Shown piece by piece: positions 27,901-38,161 of a DNA stretch of 47,553 nucleotides. The DNA is from a virus. Lineage: Duplodnaviria > Heunggongvirae > Uroviricota > Caudoviricetes. Location of the stretch: IMG/VR virus record IMGVR_UViG_2939177367_000001. One strand, given 5' to 3'. Numbering within the stretch: the stretch's first letter is position 1; each line of letters opens with the position of its first letter. A program made the position numbers and the translations under genes. The notes below the pieces were generated by a model. It was not told the DNA's origin, made no database searches, and worked only from the letters and a program-made list of their open reading frames with translations.

Positions 27901-28287
27901 ATGTTTCTGAAACAGGGCTCGTTTAATTATGAAAAGCAGTCCGTGGTGCTCAGTGAGCTGTCCGGGCTGCAGAGAATTGAATATCTGGCGTTTGTTCAGC
28001 AGCGAACGGCAAAGTTTGATGCCGAAGAGGGAGAACTGCCGGAGGCTGAACGACAGATTGCTTTTCTGCGGATGGGGATGGATATCAATGCCTGGCTGGT
28101 TTCCCGCTCACTGTGGAATGCGGAACAGTCTCAGGATGTTGAGACGCTTTGCGCATCCGTTATTACAACATGGTCGTATGATGCCCTGGGAGCGGGGGCG
28201 GAGATGGTTCTGTCGCTGAGCGGTATGGGAGCCATTGAGAATGCCGGGGATTTGGAGCATGAGGTGCTGACGCCGGAAAAGTCCTGA
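27901..28287 (+). CDS. G: tail assembly chaperone G
   Basis: MFLKQGSF...LSELSGLQRIEYLAF matches lambda gpG N-terminus. Confidence 0.8.
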   Translation: MFLKQGSFNYEKQSVVLSELSGLQRIEYLAFVQQRTAKFDAEEGELPEAERQIAFLRMGMDINAWLVSRSLWNAEQSQDVETLCASVITTWSYDALGAGAEMVLSLSGMGAIENAGDLEHEVLTPEKS

Positions 28288-28625
28288 CGCGGGAAATGCA
28301 GTTTGTCATGCGGCTTGCCCGGGAGTTCCGGCGGGCAGACTGGCGGCGGATGCTGTCGGAAATGTCGGCCACTGAGCTTGGTGAATGGGGCGATTATTTC
28401 CAGATGCAGAGCTTCAGTGATGTGTGGATGGATGCGCAGTTTGCCTCGCTGAAGGCATTGATCGTGAGAATGGTGTCCGGTAGCAGTGATGCTGCGGTGG
28501 CTGATTTCAGCCTTTTACCGGAAGAGAACGGGATACCGGAGCGAACGGACGAAGAACTGATGCATCTTGGGGAAGGTATTTCCGGAGGTGTGCGTTATGG
28601 ACCAGATAGCCAACCTGGTCATTGA
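28263..28625 (+). CDS. T: T segment of the G-T tail assembly chaperone, reached by -1 frameshift from G
   Basis: ORF in the -1 frame overlapping the G 3' end and extending to the tape-measure start; candidate slip region CCGGAAAAG at 28273-28281. Confidence 0.55.
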   Translation, partial: GADAGKVLTREMQFVMRLAREFRRADWRRMLSEMSATELGEWGDYFQMQSFSDVWMDAQFASLKALIVRMVSGSSDAAVADFSLLPEENGIPERTDEELMHLGEGISGGVRYGPDSQPGH

Positions 28626-31600
28626 TTTGGGGATTGATGCGGCAGAGTTTAAAAATGAAATTCCCCGTATCAAAAACCTTCTGAATGGTGCAGCCAGCGA
28701 TGCAGAACGGTCTTCTGCCCGTATGCAGCGTTTTATGGAGCGTCAGACTCAGGCCGCCCGGCAGACAATGCAGGCGGCTTCTTCGGCTGCAACAGCCGCA
28801 TCCGTCCATGCGCAGACGGTGGAGAAGAGCGCACAGGCTCATGAACGCATGGCCCGCGAGGTGGAGCAAACCCGCCAGCGTATGGAGGCACTGAGCCAGA
28901 AAATGCGCGAGGAACAGGCGCAGGCCATGGCTCTGGCGGAGGCTCAGGATAAAGCGGCTGCCGCGTTTTATCGTCAGATTGACAGTGTGAAACAGGCCAG
29001 TGCGGGGCTGCAGGAATTACAGCGTATTCAGCAGCAGATCCGACAGGCCAGAAACAGTGGCGGGATTGGTCAGCAGGATTATCTGGCGCTGATTTCTGAG
29101 GTTACGGCGAAAACCCGTGTTCTTACGCAGGCTGAGGCAGAGGCTACCCGACAGAAAGTGGCGTTTATCCGTCAGCTTAAAGAGCAGGCAACCCGCCTGA
29201 ATCTTTCTTCTTCTGAGTTGCTTCGTGCTAAGGCTGCCCAGCTGGGGGTAAGCAGTGCTGCAGAAGTGTATATCCGCAAAATGGAGCAGGCAGGAAAAGC
29301 CACGCATTCGCTGGGTCTGAAAAGTGCAGCGGCCCGCCAGGAGATAGGCGTTCTGATAGGTGAACTGGCTCGCGGCAATTTAGGGGCGCTGAGGGGATCC
29401 GGGATAACGCTGGCTAACCGTGCCGGATGGATAGACACACTGATGTCACCGAAAGGCATGATGCTGGGCGGGGTTATTGGCGGTATTGCCGCGGCCGTCT
29501 ATGGTCTGGGTAAAGCCTGGTATGATGGTCAGAAGGAGGGGGAAGAATTTAACCGCCAGTTGTCGCTGACGGGGCATTATGCCGGAGTCACTGCCGGGCA
29601 GCTGTGGACGCTCAGTCGTGCTATTTCCGGGAATGGTATTACGCAACATGCTGCAGCCGGTGCGCTGGCTCAGGTGGTGGGGAGTGGTGCATTTCGTGGA
29701 AACGATATCGGTATGGTGGCGAGAGCTGCCGCACAGATGGAGCGATCGGTTGGCCAGTCGGTCAGCGATACCATAAATCAGTTTAAGCGGCTGAAGGATG
29801 ATCCTGTAAATGCCGCGAAGGCTCTGGACAATGAGCTGCATTTTCTTACTGCCACTCAGCTTGAGCAGATACGCGTCCTTGGGGAACAGGGGCGGTCCAG
29901 TGATGCGGCACGGATAGCCATGTCTGCACTGGCAGAGGAAACCGGTCGACGTACTGCGGATATTGATAATAACCTCAATGCGCTGGGCAGTACGCTGAAG
30001 TATCTGTCTGATTTATGGAGTCGTTTCTGGGATGCGGCCATGAATATTGGTCGTGAAGACTCGCTGGATGAACAGATTACCGCTTTACAGGAGAAAGTGT
30101 CGCGGGCGAAAAGACTCCCCTGGACGGCATCATCTTCTCAGGTTGAATACGATCAGCAGCGTCTTAACGATCTTCAGGAGAAAAAACGCCAGAAGGATTT
30201 GCAGGATGCAAAAGAGCAGGCAGAGCGGAATTATCAGGAGCAACAGAAACGACGTAATGCTGAAAATGCTGCACTGAACCGGATGAATGAAACGGAAGCA
30301 GCACGACATCAGCGTGAAATTGCGCGTATTAATGCCATGCAGTACGCCGATCAGGCTGTCAGGGATGCGGCGATACAACGTGAAAATGAACGTTACGAGA
30401 AAGCCCTGGCATCCGGTAAGAAAAAAACACGCGAAACCCGTAATGATGAGGCCACCCGGTTATTGCTGCAGTACAGTCAGCAACAGGCACAGGTGGAAGG
30501 ACAGATTGCTGCTGCCAGACAGTCAGCAGGCATTGCCACGGAAAGGATGACAGAAGCGCATAAACAGCTTCTGGCTCTGCAGCAGCGCATCAGCGACCTG
30601 GACGGGAAAAAACTGACGGCAGATGAAAAGAGTGTACTGGCCCGTAAAGATGAACTGATTCAGGCACTGACGCTGCTGGATGTAAAACAGCAGGAGCTTC
30701 AGAAACAGACGGCACTCAACGAGCTGAAGAAAAAAACAATTCAGCTGACCAGTCAACTGGCTGAAGAAGAGCGCGCTCAGCGTCAGCAACATGACCTGGA
30801 TATCGCCACGGTGGGTATGGGTGATCAGCAGCGGCAGCGATATCAGGTACAACTGAGTCTTCGCCAGAAATACCAGCAACAGCTGGAGCAGTTGAGGCGG
30901 GATAGTGAGCAGAAAGGGACATATAACACGGATGACTACAGAAAGGCCGAGCAGGCGCTGACGGAGAGCCTGAACCGACAACTGAATGAGAATCGCCGTT
31001 ACTGGCAACAGCTTGAAGTTGTGCAGGGTAACTGGAAAAACGGAGTCCTGCGTGCATTTCAGGATTTTACCGTGGATGCAGATAATACGGCAGGAACAGC
31101 AGAACAGGTGTTCTCGTCAGCCTTCAGCAACATGGGAAATGGCCTGGCAACTTTTGTCACTACCGGCAAACTCAATTTCAAATCCTTCACCTCTTCTGTG
31201 CTGTCAGATATGGCGAAAATCCTGGCGCAGGCAACCATGATGAAATCGATAAAAGGGATTGGCAGTGTACTGGGATTTGATCTCAGCAGCCTTTCCCTGA
31301 ATGCCAATGGGGGGATTTATCAGTCTGCTGATTTGAGTCGTTACAGTGGCACGGTGGTTAACCGTCCGACGTTTTTTGCTTTTGCAAAAGGTGCAGGTGT
31401 GATGGGGGAAGCTGGGCCTGAAGCCATTCTGCCACTGCGTCGTGGTGCTGACGGTAAGCTGGGGGTTGTGGCGGATATTGGTGGTTCAGGTATGGCGATG
31501 TTTGCCCCGCAGTACAACATTGAGATCAATAACGATGGCACGAACGGGCAGATAGGTCCGGCTGCCCTGAAGGTGGTTTATGACCTCGGGAAAAAAGCAG

Positions 31601-31662
31601 CAGCGGACTTTATGCAACAGCAGTCCCGTGATGGTGGTCTGTTCTCTGGAGGTGGACGATGA
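28597..31662 (+). CDS. H: tail tape measure protein H (1021 aa)
   Basis: N-terminus MDQIANLVIDLGIDAAEF and C-terminus NNDGTNGQIGPAALKVVYD...DGGLFSGGGR match lambda gpH. Confidence 0.9.
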   Translation: MDQIANLVIDLGIDAAEFKNEIPRIKNLLNGAASDAERSSARMQRFMERQTQAARQTMQAASSAATAASVHAQTVEKSAQAHERMAREVEQTRQRMEALSQKMREEQAQAMALAEAQDKAAAAFYRQIDSVKQASAGLQELQRIQQQIRQARNSGGIGQQDYLALISEVTAKTRVLTQAEAEATRQKVAFIRQLKEQATRLNLSSSELLRAKAAQLGVSSAAEVYIRKMEQAGKATHSLGLKSAAARQEIGVLIGELARGNLGALRGSGITLANRAGWIDTLMSPKGMMLGGVIGGIAAAVYGLGKAWYDGQKEGEEFNRQLSLTGHYAGVTAGQLWTLSRAISGNGITQHAAAGALAQVVGSGAFRGNDIGMVARAAAQMERSVGQSVSDTINQFKRLKDDPVNAAKALDNELHFLTATQLEQIRVLGEQGRSSDAARIAMSALAEETGRRTADIDNNLNALGSTLKYLSDLWSRFWDAAMNIGREDSLDEQITALQEKVSRAKRLPWTASSSQVEYDQQRLNDLQEKKRQKDLQDAKEQAERNYQEQQKRRNAENAALNRMNETEAARHQREIARINAMQYADQAVRDAAIQRENERYEKALASGKKKTRETRNDEATRLLLQYSQQQAQVEGQIAAARQSAGIATERMTEAHKQLLALQQRISDLDGKKLTADEKSVLARKDELIQALTLLDVKQQELQKQTALNELKKKTIQLTSQLAEEERAQRQQHDLDIATVGMGDQQRQRYQVQLSLRQKYQQQLEQLRRDSEQKGTYNTDDYRKAEQALTESLNRQLNENRRYWQQLEVVQGNWKNGVLRAFQDFTVDADNTAGTAEQVFSSAFSNMGNGLATFVTTGKLNFKSFTSSVLSDMAKILAQATMMKSIKGIGSVLGFDLSSLSLNANGGIYQSADLSRYSGTVVNRPTFFAFAKGAGVMGEAGPEAILPLRRGADGKLGVVADIGGSGMAMFAPQYNIEINNDGTNGQIGPAALKVVYDLGKKAAADFMQQQSRDGGLFSGGGR

Positions 31663-31988
31663 AAACCTTCCGCTGGAAAGTGAAACCCGGTATGGATGTG
31701 GCTTCGGCCCCTTCCGTAAGAAAGGTGCGCTTTGGTGATGGCTATTCTCAGCGTGCGCCTGCCGGGCTGAACGCTGACCTGAAAACGTACAGCGTGACGC
31801 TTTCTGTTCCCCGCGAGGAGGCCACGGCACTGGAATCGTTTCTGGCTGAGCACGGGGGCTGGAAGGCCTTTCTGTGGACGCCGCCTTATGGCTATCGGCA
31901 GATAAAGGTGACCTGCGCAAAATGGTCGTCGCGGGTCAGTATGTTGCGTGTTGAGTTTAGCGCAGAGTTTGAACAGGTGGTGAACTGA
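31659..31988 (+). CDS. M: minor tail protein M (109 aa)
   Basis: Same length as lambda gpM; synteny. Confidence 0.85.
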   Translation: MKTFRWKVKPGMDVASAPSVRKVRFGDGYSQRAPAGLNADLKTYSVTLSVPREEATALESFLAEHGGWKAFLWTPPYGYRQIKVTCAKWSSRVSMLRVEFSAEFEQVVN

Positions 31989-32686
31989 TGCAGGATATCC
32001 GACAGGACACACTGAATGAATGCACCCGTGCGGATCAGTCGGCCAGCGTGGTGCTCTGGGAAATCGATCTGACAGAGATCGGTGGAGAACGTTATTTTTT
32101 CTGTAATGAGCAGAACGAAAAAGGTGAGCCGGTCACCTGGCAGGGGAGACAATATCAGGCGTATCCCATTCAGGGGAGTGGTTTTGAACTGAATGGCAAA
32201 GGCACCAGTACGCGCCCCACGCTGGCAGTCTCTAACCTGTATGGCATGGTCACCGGGATGACGGAAGATCTGCAGAGTCTGGTCGGCGGAACGGTGGTCA
32301 GGCGTAAGGTTTACGCCCGTTTTCTGGATGCGGTGAACTTCGTCAACGGAAACAGCGACGCCGATCCGGAGCAGGAGGTGATCAGTCGCTGGCGCATCGA
32401 GCAGTGCAGCGAACTGAGCGCGGTGAGTGCCTCTTTTGTACTGTCCACGCCGACGGAAACGGACGGCGCTGTTTTTCCGGGACGTATCATGCTGGCCAAC
32501 ACCTGCACCTGGACCTATCGCGGCGATGAGTGCGGTTATCACGGTCCGGCTGTCGCGGATGAATATGACCAGCCAACGTCCGATATCACGAAGGATAAAT
32601 GCAGCAAATGCCTGAGCGGTTGTAAGTTCCGCAATAACGTCGGCAACTTTGGCGGCTTCCTTTCCATTAACAAACTTTCGCAGTAA
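31988..32686 (+). CDS. L: minor tail protein L (232 aa)
   Basis: Same length as lambda gpL, Cys cluster near C-terminus. Confidence 0.9.
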   Translation: MQDIRQDTLNECTRADQSASVVLWEIDLTEIGGERYFFCNEQNEKGEPVTWQGRQYQAYPIQGSGFELNGKGTSTRPTLAVSNLYGMVTGMTEDLQSLVGGTVVRRKVYARFLDAVNFVNGNSDADPEQEVISRWRIEQCSELSAVSASFVLSTPTETDGAVFPGRIMLANTCTWTYRGDECGYHGPAVADEYDQPTSDITKDKCSKCLSGCKFRNNVGNFGGFLSINKLSQ

Positions 32687-32691
32687 ATCCC

Positions 32692-33435
32692 ATGACACAG
32701 ACAGAATCAGCGATTCTGGCGCACGCCCGGCGATGTGCGCCAGCGGAGTCGTGCGGCTTCGTGGTGAGAACGCCGGAGGAGGAAAGATATTTTCCCTGCG
32801 TGAATATCTCCGGTGAGCCGGAGGCGTATTTCCGTATGTCGCCGGAAGACTGGCTGCAGGCAGAAATGCAGGGTGAGATTGTGGCGCTGGTCCACAGCCA
32901 CCCCGGTGGTCTGCCCTGGCTGAGTGAGGCCGACCGGCGGCTGCAGGTGCAGAGTGATTTGCCGTGGTGGCTGGTCTGCCGGGGGACGATTCATAAGTTC
33001 CGCTGTGTGCCGCATCTCACCGGGCGGCGTTTTGAGCACGGGGTGACAGACTGTTATACGCTGTTCCGCGATGCCTATCATCTTGCAGGTATCGATTTGC
33101 CGGATTTTTACCGACATGATGACTGGTGGAAATCAGGTCAGAATCTCTATCTGGATAATCTGGAGGCCACAGGGCTGTATCAGGTGCCGTTGTCATCAGC
33201 ACAACCGGGCGATGTGCTGCTGTGCTGCTTTGGTTCATCGGTGCCGAATCATGCCGCCATTTACTGTGGTGACGGCGAGCTGCTGCACCATATTCCTGAA
33301 CAACTGAGCAAACGAGAGAGGTATACCGACAAATGGCAGCGACGCACACACTCCCTCTGGCGTCACCAGGCATGGCACGCATCTGCCTTTACGGGGATTT
33401 ACAACGATTTGGCCGCCGCATCGATCTGCGTGTGA
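32692..33435 (+). CDS. K: tail tip assembly protein K (JAB/MPN plus NlpC/P60 domains); alternative internal start at 32836
   Basis: HSHP (JAB-like) and Cys/His NlpC/P60-like motifs; overlaps I by 103 nt as in lambda. Confidence 0.85.
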   Translation: MTQTESAILAHARRCAPAESCGFVVRTPEEERYFPCVNISGEPEAYFRMSPEDWLQAEMQGEIVALVHSHPGGLPWLSEADRRLQVQSDLPWWLVCRGTIHKFRCVPHLTGRRFEHGVTDCYTLFRDAYHLAGIDLPDFYRHDDWWKSGQNLYLDNLEATGLYQVPLSSAQPGDVLLCCFGSSVPNHAAIYCGDGELLHHIPEQLSKRERYTDKWQRRTHSLWRHQAWHASAFTGIYNDLAAASICV

Positions 33436-33974
33436 AAACGGGGGCCGAAGCCATCCGGGCGCTGGCCATGCAGATCCCGGCGTTTCGTCAGAAGCTGAGC
33501 GACGGCTGGTATCAGGTACGCATTGCCGGGCGTGATACAGGTGAAACGGAATTATCAGCCCGTCTTAATGAACCGCTGGCAAATGGTGCTGTGATCCATA
33601 TCGTGCCGCGTCTGGCAGGAGCCAAAAGTGGCGGTGTGTTTCAGGCTGTGCTGGGGGCGGCTGTTATGGCGGTTGCTATATGGATGCCGGGGGTAGGAAT
33701 TATGGCGAGTAATCTGCTGTTTTCTCTCGGTGCCAGTATGACGCTTGGCGGTGTTGCACAGATGCTGGCCCCTAAACCCAAAACCCCCCGCACACAGACA
33801 ACGGATAACGGCAAACAGAACACCTATTTTTCTTCACTGGATAATATGGTTGCCCAGGGCAATGTTCTGCCCGTTCTGTACGGTGAAATGCGCGTGGGAT
33901 CACGTGTGGTATCTCAGGAGATCAGCACAGCAGACGAAGGGGACGGTGGTCAGGTTGTGGTGATTGGTCGCTGA
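33333..33974 (+). CDS. I: tail tip assembly protein I (213 aa)
   Basis: MAATHTLPLASPGMARICLYGDLQRFGRR and C-terminus match lambda gpI. Confidence 0.85.
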   Translation: MAATHTLPLASPGMARICLYGDLQRFGRRIDLRVKTGAEAIRALAMQIPAFRQKLSDGWYQVRIAGRDTGETELSARLNEPLANGAVIHIVPRLAGAKSGGVFQAVLGAAVMAVAIWMPGVGIMASNLLFSLGASMTLGGVAQMLAPKPKTPRTQTTDNGKQNTYFSSLDNMVAQGNVLPVLYGEMRVGSRVVSQEISTADEGDGGQVVVIGR

Positions 33975-34034
33975 TGAAAAACGTTTTATGTGAAACCGCC
34001 TGCGGGCGGTTTTGTCATTTATGGAGCGTGAAGA

Positions 34035-37000
34035 ATGGGTAAAGGCAGCAGTAAGGGGCATACCCCGCGCGAAGCGAAGGACAACCTGAAGTCCACGCAG
34101 TTGCTGAGTGTGATCGATGCCATCAGCGAAGGGCCGGTTGAAGGTCCGGTGGAGGGATTAAAAAGTGTGCTGCTGAACAGTACGCCGGTGCTGGACACTG
34201 AGGGGAATACCAACATCTCCGGCGTCACGGTGGTGTTCCGGGCCGGTGAGCAGGAGCAGACACCGCCGGAGGGATTTGAATCCTCCGGCTCCGAGACGGT
34301 GCTGGGTACGGAAGTGAAATACGACACGCCGATCACCCGGACCATCACGTCGGCAAACATTGACCGACTGCGTTTTACCTTCGGCGTGCAGGCACTGGTG
34401 GAAACCACCTCAAAGGGGGACAGGAATCCGTCGGAAGTCCGACTGCTGGTTCAGATACAACGTAACGGTGGCTGGGTGACGGAAAAAGACATCACCATTA
34501 AAGGCAAAACCACCTCACAGTATCTGGCCTCGGTGGTGGTGGGTAACCTGCCGCCGCGCCCGTTCAGTATCCGGATGCGCAGGATGACGCCGGACAGCAC
34601 CACAGACCAGCTGCAGAACAAAACGCTCTGGTCGTCATACACCGAAATCATCGATGTGAAACAGTGCTACCCGAACACGGCACTGGTCGGCGTGCAGGTG
34701 GACTCTGAGCAGTTCGGCAGCCAGCAGGTGAGCCGTAATTATCATCTGCGCGGGCGTATTCTGCAGGTGCCGTCGAATTATAACCCGCAGACGCGGCAAT
34801 ACAGCGGTATCTGGGACGGAACGTTTAAACCGGCATACAGCAACAACATGGCCTGGTGTCTGTGGGATATGCTGACCCATCCGCGCTACGGCATGGGGAA
34901 ACGTCTTGGTGCGGCGGATGTGGATAAATGGGCGCTGTATGTCATCGGCCAGTACTGCGACCAGTCAGTGCCGGACGGTTTTGGCGGCACGGAGCCGCGC
35001 ATTACCTGTAATGCGTACCTGACCACACAGCGCAAGGCGTGGGATGTGCTCAGTGATTTCTGCTCGGCGATGCGCTGTATGCCGGTATGGAACGGGCAGA
35101 CGCTGACGTTCGTGCAGGACCGACCGTCGGATAAGGTGTGGACCTATAACCGCAGTAATGTGGTGATGCCGGATGATGGCGCGCCGTTCCGCTACAGCTT
35201 CAGCGCCCTGAAGGACCGCCATAATGCCGTTGAGGTGAACTGGATTGACCCGAATAACGGCTGGGAGACGGCGACAGAGCTTGTGGAGGACACGCAGGCC
35301 ATTGCCCGTTACGGTCGTAACGTCACGAAGATGGATGCTTTTGGCTGTACCAGCCGGGGGCAGGCACATCGCGCCGGGCTGTGGCTGATTAAAACAGAAC
35401 TGCTGGAAACGCAGACCGTGGACTTCAGCGTGGGTGCCGAAGGGCTTCGCCATGTACCGGGCGATGTCATTGAAATCTGCGATGATGACTATGCCGGTAT
35501 CAGCACCGGCGGGCGCGTGCTGGCGGTAAACAGCCAGACCCGGACGCTGACGCTCGACCGTGAAATCACGCTGCCATCTTCCGGCACCACGCTGATAAGC
35601 CTGGTTGACGGGCAGGGGAGTCCGGTCAGCGTGGAGGTTCAGTCCGTCACCGACGGCGTGAAGGTAAAAGTGAGCCGTGTTCCTGACGGTGTTGCTGAAT
35701 ACAGCGTATGGGGGCTGAAGCTGCCGACGCTGCGCCAGCGACTGTTCCGCTGCGTGAGTATCCGTGAGAACGACGACGGCACGTATGCCATCACCGCCGT
35801 GCAGCATGTGCCGGAAAAAGAGGCCATCGTGGATAACGGGGCGCACTTTGACGGCGACCAGAGCGGCACGGTGAATGGTGTCACGCCGCCAGCGGTGCAG
35901 CACCTGACTGCCGAAGTCACCGCAGACAGCGGGGAGTATCAGGTACTGGCCCGCTGGGACACGCCGAAGGTGGTGAAGGGGGTGAGCTTTATGCTTCGCC
36001 TGACCGTGGCAGCGGATGACGGCAGTGAGCGGCTGGTCAGCACGGCCCGGACGACGGAAACCACGTACCGCTTCACGCAACTGGCGCTGGGGCGGTACAC
36101 GCTGACAGTCCGGGCGGTAAATGCGAGGGGACAGCAGGGCGATCCGGCGTCGGTATCGTTCCGGATTGCCGCACCGGCAGCGCCGTCTCGGATTGAGCTG
36201 ACACCGGGCTATTTTCAGATAACCGCCACGCCGCATCTTGCGGTTTATGATCCGACGGTACAATTTGAGTTCTGGTTCTCGGAAACGCGGATTACCGATA
36301 TCAGGCAGGTTGAAACCACAGCCCGCTACCTTGGCACGGGGCTGTACTGGATAGCCGCCAGTATCAATATCAAACCGGGCCATGATTATTACTTTTATAT
36401 CCGCAGTGTGAACACCGTTGGCAAATCGGCATTCGTGGAGGCCGTCGGTCGGGCGAGCGATGATGCGGAAGGTTACCTGGATTTTTTCAAAGGCAAGATA
36501 ACCGAATCCCATCTTGGTAAAGAGCTGCTGGAAAAAGTCGACCTGACGGAGGATAACGCCAGCAAACTGGAGCAGTTTTCGAAAGAGTGGAAGGATGCCA
36601 ACGATAAATGGAATGCCATGTGGGCTGTCAAAATTGAGCAGACCAAAGACGGCAAACATTATGTCGCGGGTATTGGCCTCAGTATGGAGGACACGGAGGA
36701 AGGCAAACTGAGCCAGTTTCTGGTTGCCGCTAACCGTATCGCGTTTATTGACCCGGCAAACGGGAATGAAACGCCGATGTTTGTGGCGCAGGGCAATCAG
36801 ATATTCATGAACGACGTGTTCCTGAAACGCCTGACGGCCCCCACCATTACCAGTGGTGGAAATCCACCGGCATTTTCCCTGACACCGGATGGGCGGCTGA
36901 CGGCGAAAAATGCCGATATCAGCGGTAACGTGAATGCGAACTCCGGGACGCTCAACAACGTCACGATTAACGAGAACTGTCGGGTTCTGGGAAAACTGTC

Positions 37001-37430
37001 CGCGAACCAGATTGAAGGCGATCTCGTTAAAACAGTGGGCAAAGCTTTCCCCCGGGACTCCCGTGCACCGGAACGGTGGCCATCAGGGACCATTACCGTC
37101 AGGATTTATGACGATCAGCCGTTTGACCGGCAGATTGTTATTCCGGCGGTGGCATTCAGCGGTGCTAAACATGAGAGAGAGCATACTGATATTTACTCCT
37201 CATGCCGCCTGATAGTGAAGAAAAATGGTGCTGAAATTTATAACCGTACCGCGCTGGATAATACGCTGATTTACAGTGGTGTTATTGATATGCCAGCTGG
37301 TCACGGCCACATGACGCTGGAGTTTTCGGTGTCAGCATGGCTGGTAAATGACTGGTATCCCACAGCAAGTATCAGCGATTTGCTGGTTGTGGTGATGAAG
37401 AAAGCCACCGCAGGCATCAGTATCAGCTGA
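34035..37430 (+). CDS. J: central tail fibre / host specificity protein J (1131 aa)
   Basis: Length and sequence lambda J-like through the C-terminal receptor-binding region. Confidence 0.95.
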   Translation: MGKGSSKGHTPREAKDNLKSTQLLSVIDAISEGPVEGPVEGLKSVLLNSTPVLDTEGNTNISGVTVVFRAGEQEQTPPEGFESSGSETVLGTEVKYDTPITRTITSANIDRLRFTFGVQALVETTSKGDRNPSEVRLLVQIQRNGGWVTEKDITIKGKTTSQYLASVVVGNLPPRPFSIRMRRMTPDSTTDQLQNKTLWSSYTEIIDVKQCYPNTALVGVQVDSEQFGSQQVSRNYHLRGRILQVPSNYNPQTRQYSGIWDGTFKPAYSNNMAWCLWDMLTHPRYGMGKRLGAADVDKWALYVIGQYCDQSVPDGFGGTEPRITCNAYLTTQRKAWDVLSDFCSAMRCMPVWNGQTLTFVQDRPSDKVWTYNRSNVVMPDDGAPFRYSFSALKDRHNAVEVNWIDPNNGWETATELVEDTQAIARYGRNVTKMDAFGCTSRGQAHRAGLWLIKTELLETQTVDFSVGAEGLRHVPGDVIEICDDDYAGISTGGRVLAVNSQTRTLTLDREITLPSSGTTLISLVDGQGSPVSVEVQSVTDGVKVKVSRVPDGVAEYSVWGLKLPTLRQRLFRCVSIRENDDGTYAITAVQHVPEKEAIVDNGAHFDGDQSGTVNGVTPPAVQHLTAEVTADSGEYQVLARWDTPKVVKGVSFMLRLTVAADDGSERLVSTARTTETTYRFTQLALGRYTLTVRAVNARGQQGDPASVSFRIAAPAAPSRIELTPGYFQITATPHLAVYDPTVQFEFWFSETRITDIRQVETTARYLGTGLYWIAASINIKPGHDYYFYIRSVNTVGKSAFVEAVGRASDDAEGYLDFFKGKITESHLGKELLEKVDLTEDNASKLEQFSKEWKDANDKWNAMWAVKIEQTKDGKHYVAGIGLSMEDTEEGKLSQFLVAANRIAFIDPANGNETPMFVAQGNQIFMNDVFLKRLTAPTITSGGNPPAFSLTPDGRLTAKNADISGNVNANSGTLNNVTINENCRVLGKLSANQIEGDLVKTVGKAFPRDSRAPERWPSGTITVRIYDDQPFDRQIVIPAVAFSGAKHEREHTDIYSSCRLIVKKNGAEIYNRTALDNTLIYSGVIDMPAGHGHMTLEFSVSAWLVNDWYPTASISDLLVVVMKKATAGISIS

Positions 37431-37497
37431 ATTTTATAACCCATATACGGGCGCCAGAAATGGCGCCTTTTTTATTGCAGAAAAGCGAGAGGTAATT

Positions 37498-38097
37498 ATG
37501 CGTAAAGTTTGTGCAGCCATTTTGTCCGCAGCCATCTGTCTGGCCGTATCCGGTGCGCCTGCATGGGCGTCTGAGCAGCAGGCCACACTGAGCGCAGGGT
37601 ATCTTCATGCCCGTACGAACGCTCCCGGCAGCGAAAATCTGAACGGGATTAACGTGAAATACCGTTATGAGTTTACGGACACGCTGGGGCTGATTACGTC
37701 ATTCAGTTATGCCAACGCTGAAGATGAGCAAAAAACGCATTACAGCGATACCCGCTGGCATGAGGATTCCGTGCGTAATCGCTGGTTCAGCGTGATGGCG
37801 GGGCCGTCTGTGCGCGTGAATGAATGGTTCAGCGCGTATGCGATGGCGGGTATGGCTTACAGCCGTGTGTCGACTTTCTCCGGGGATTATATCCGCGTAA
37901 CTGACAACAAGGGGAAAACGCACGATGTGCTGACCGGAAGTGATGACGGTCGCCACAGCAACACGTCTCTGGCGTGGGGAGCTGGCGTGCAGTTTAACCC
38001 GACCGAATCCGTGGCCGTTGACGTCGCTTATGAAGGCTCCGGCAGCGGTGACTGGCGTACCAACAGTTTCATCGTTGGTGTCGGTTATAAATTCTGA
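37498..38097 (+). CDS. lom: Lom/Ail-family outer membrane beta-barrel protein (199 aa)
   Basis: Signal peptide, conserved GINVKYRYE and C-terminal DWRT..FIVGVGYKF as in lambda Lom. Confidence 0.85.
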   Translation: MRKVCAAILSAAICLAVSGAPAWASEQQATLSAGYLHARTNAPGSENLNGINVKYRYEFTDTLGLITSFSYANAEDEQKTHYSDTRWHEDSVRNRWFSVMAGPSVRVNEWFSAYAMAGMAYSRVSTFSGDYIRVTDNKGKTHDVLTGSDDGRHSNTSLAWGAGVQFNPTESVAVDVAYEGSGSGDWRTNSFIVGVGYKF

Positions 38098-38161
38098 TTA
38101 GCCAGGTAACACAGTGTTATGACAGCCCGCCGGTTCAGGCGGGCTTTTTTGTGGGGGGAAT

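Noticed and set aside
31892-32698. 268-aa minus-strand ORF
   Set aside because: Lies entirely antisense to the well-supported gpL gene; typical shadow ORF in GC-rich DNA.
34965-36659. 564-aa minus-strand ORF
   Set aside because: Antisense to the J gene, Arg-rich low-complexity translation.
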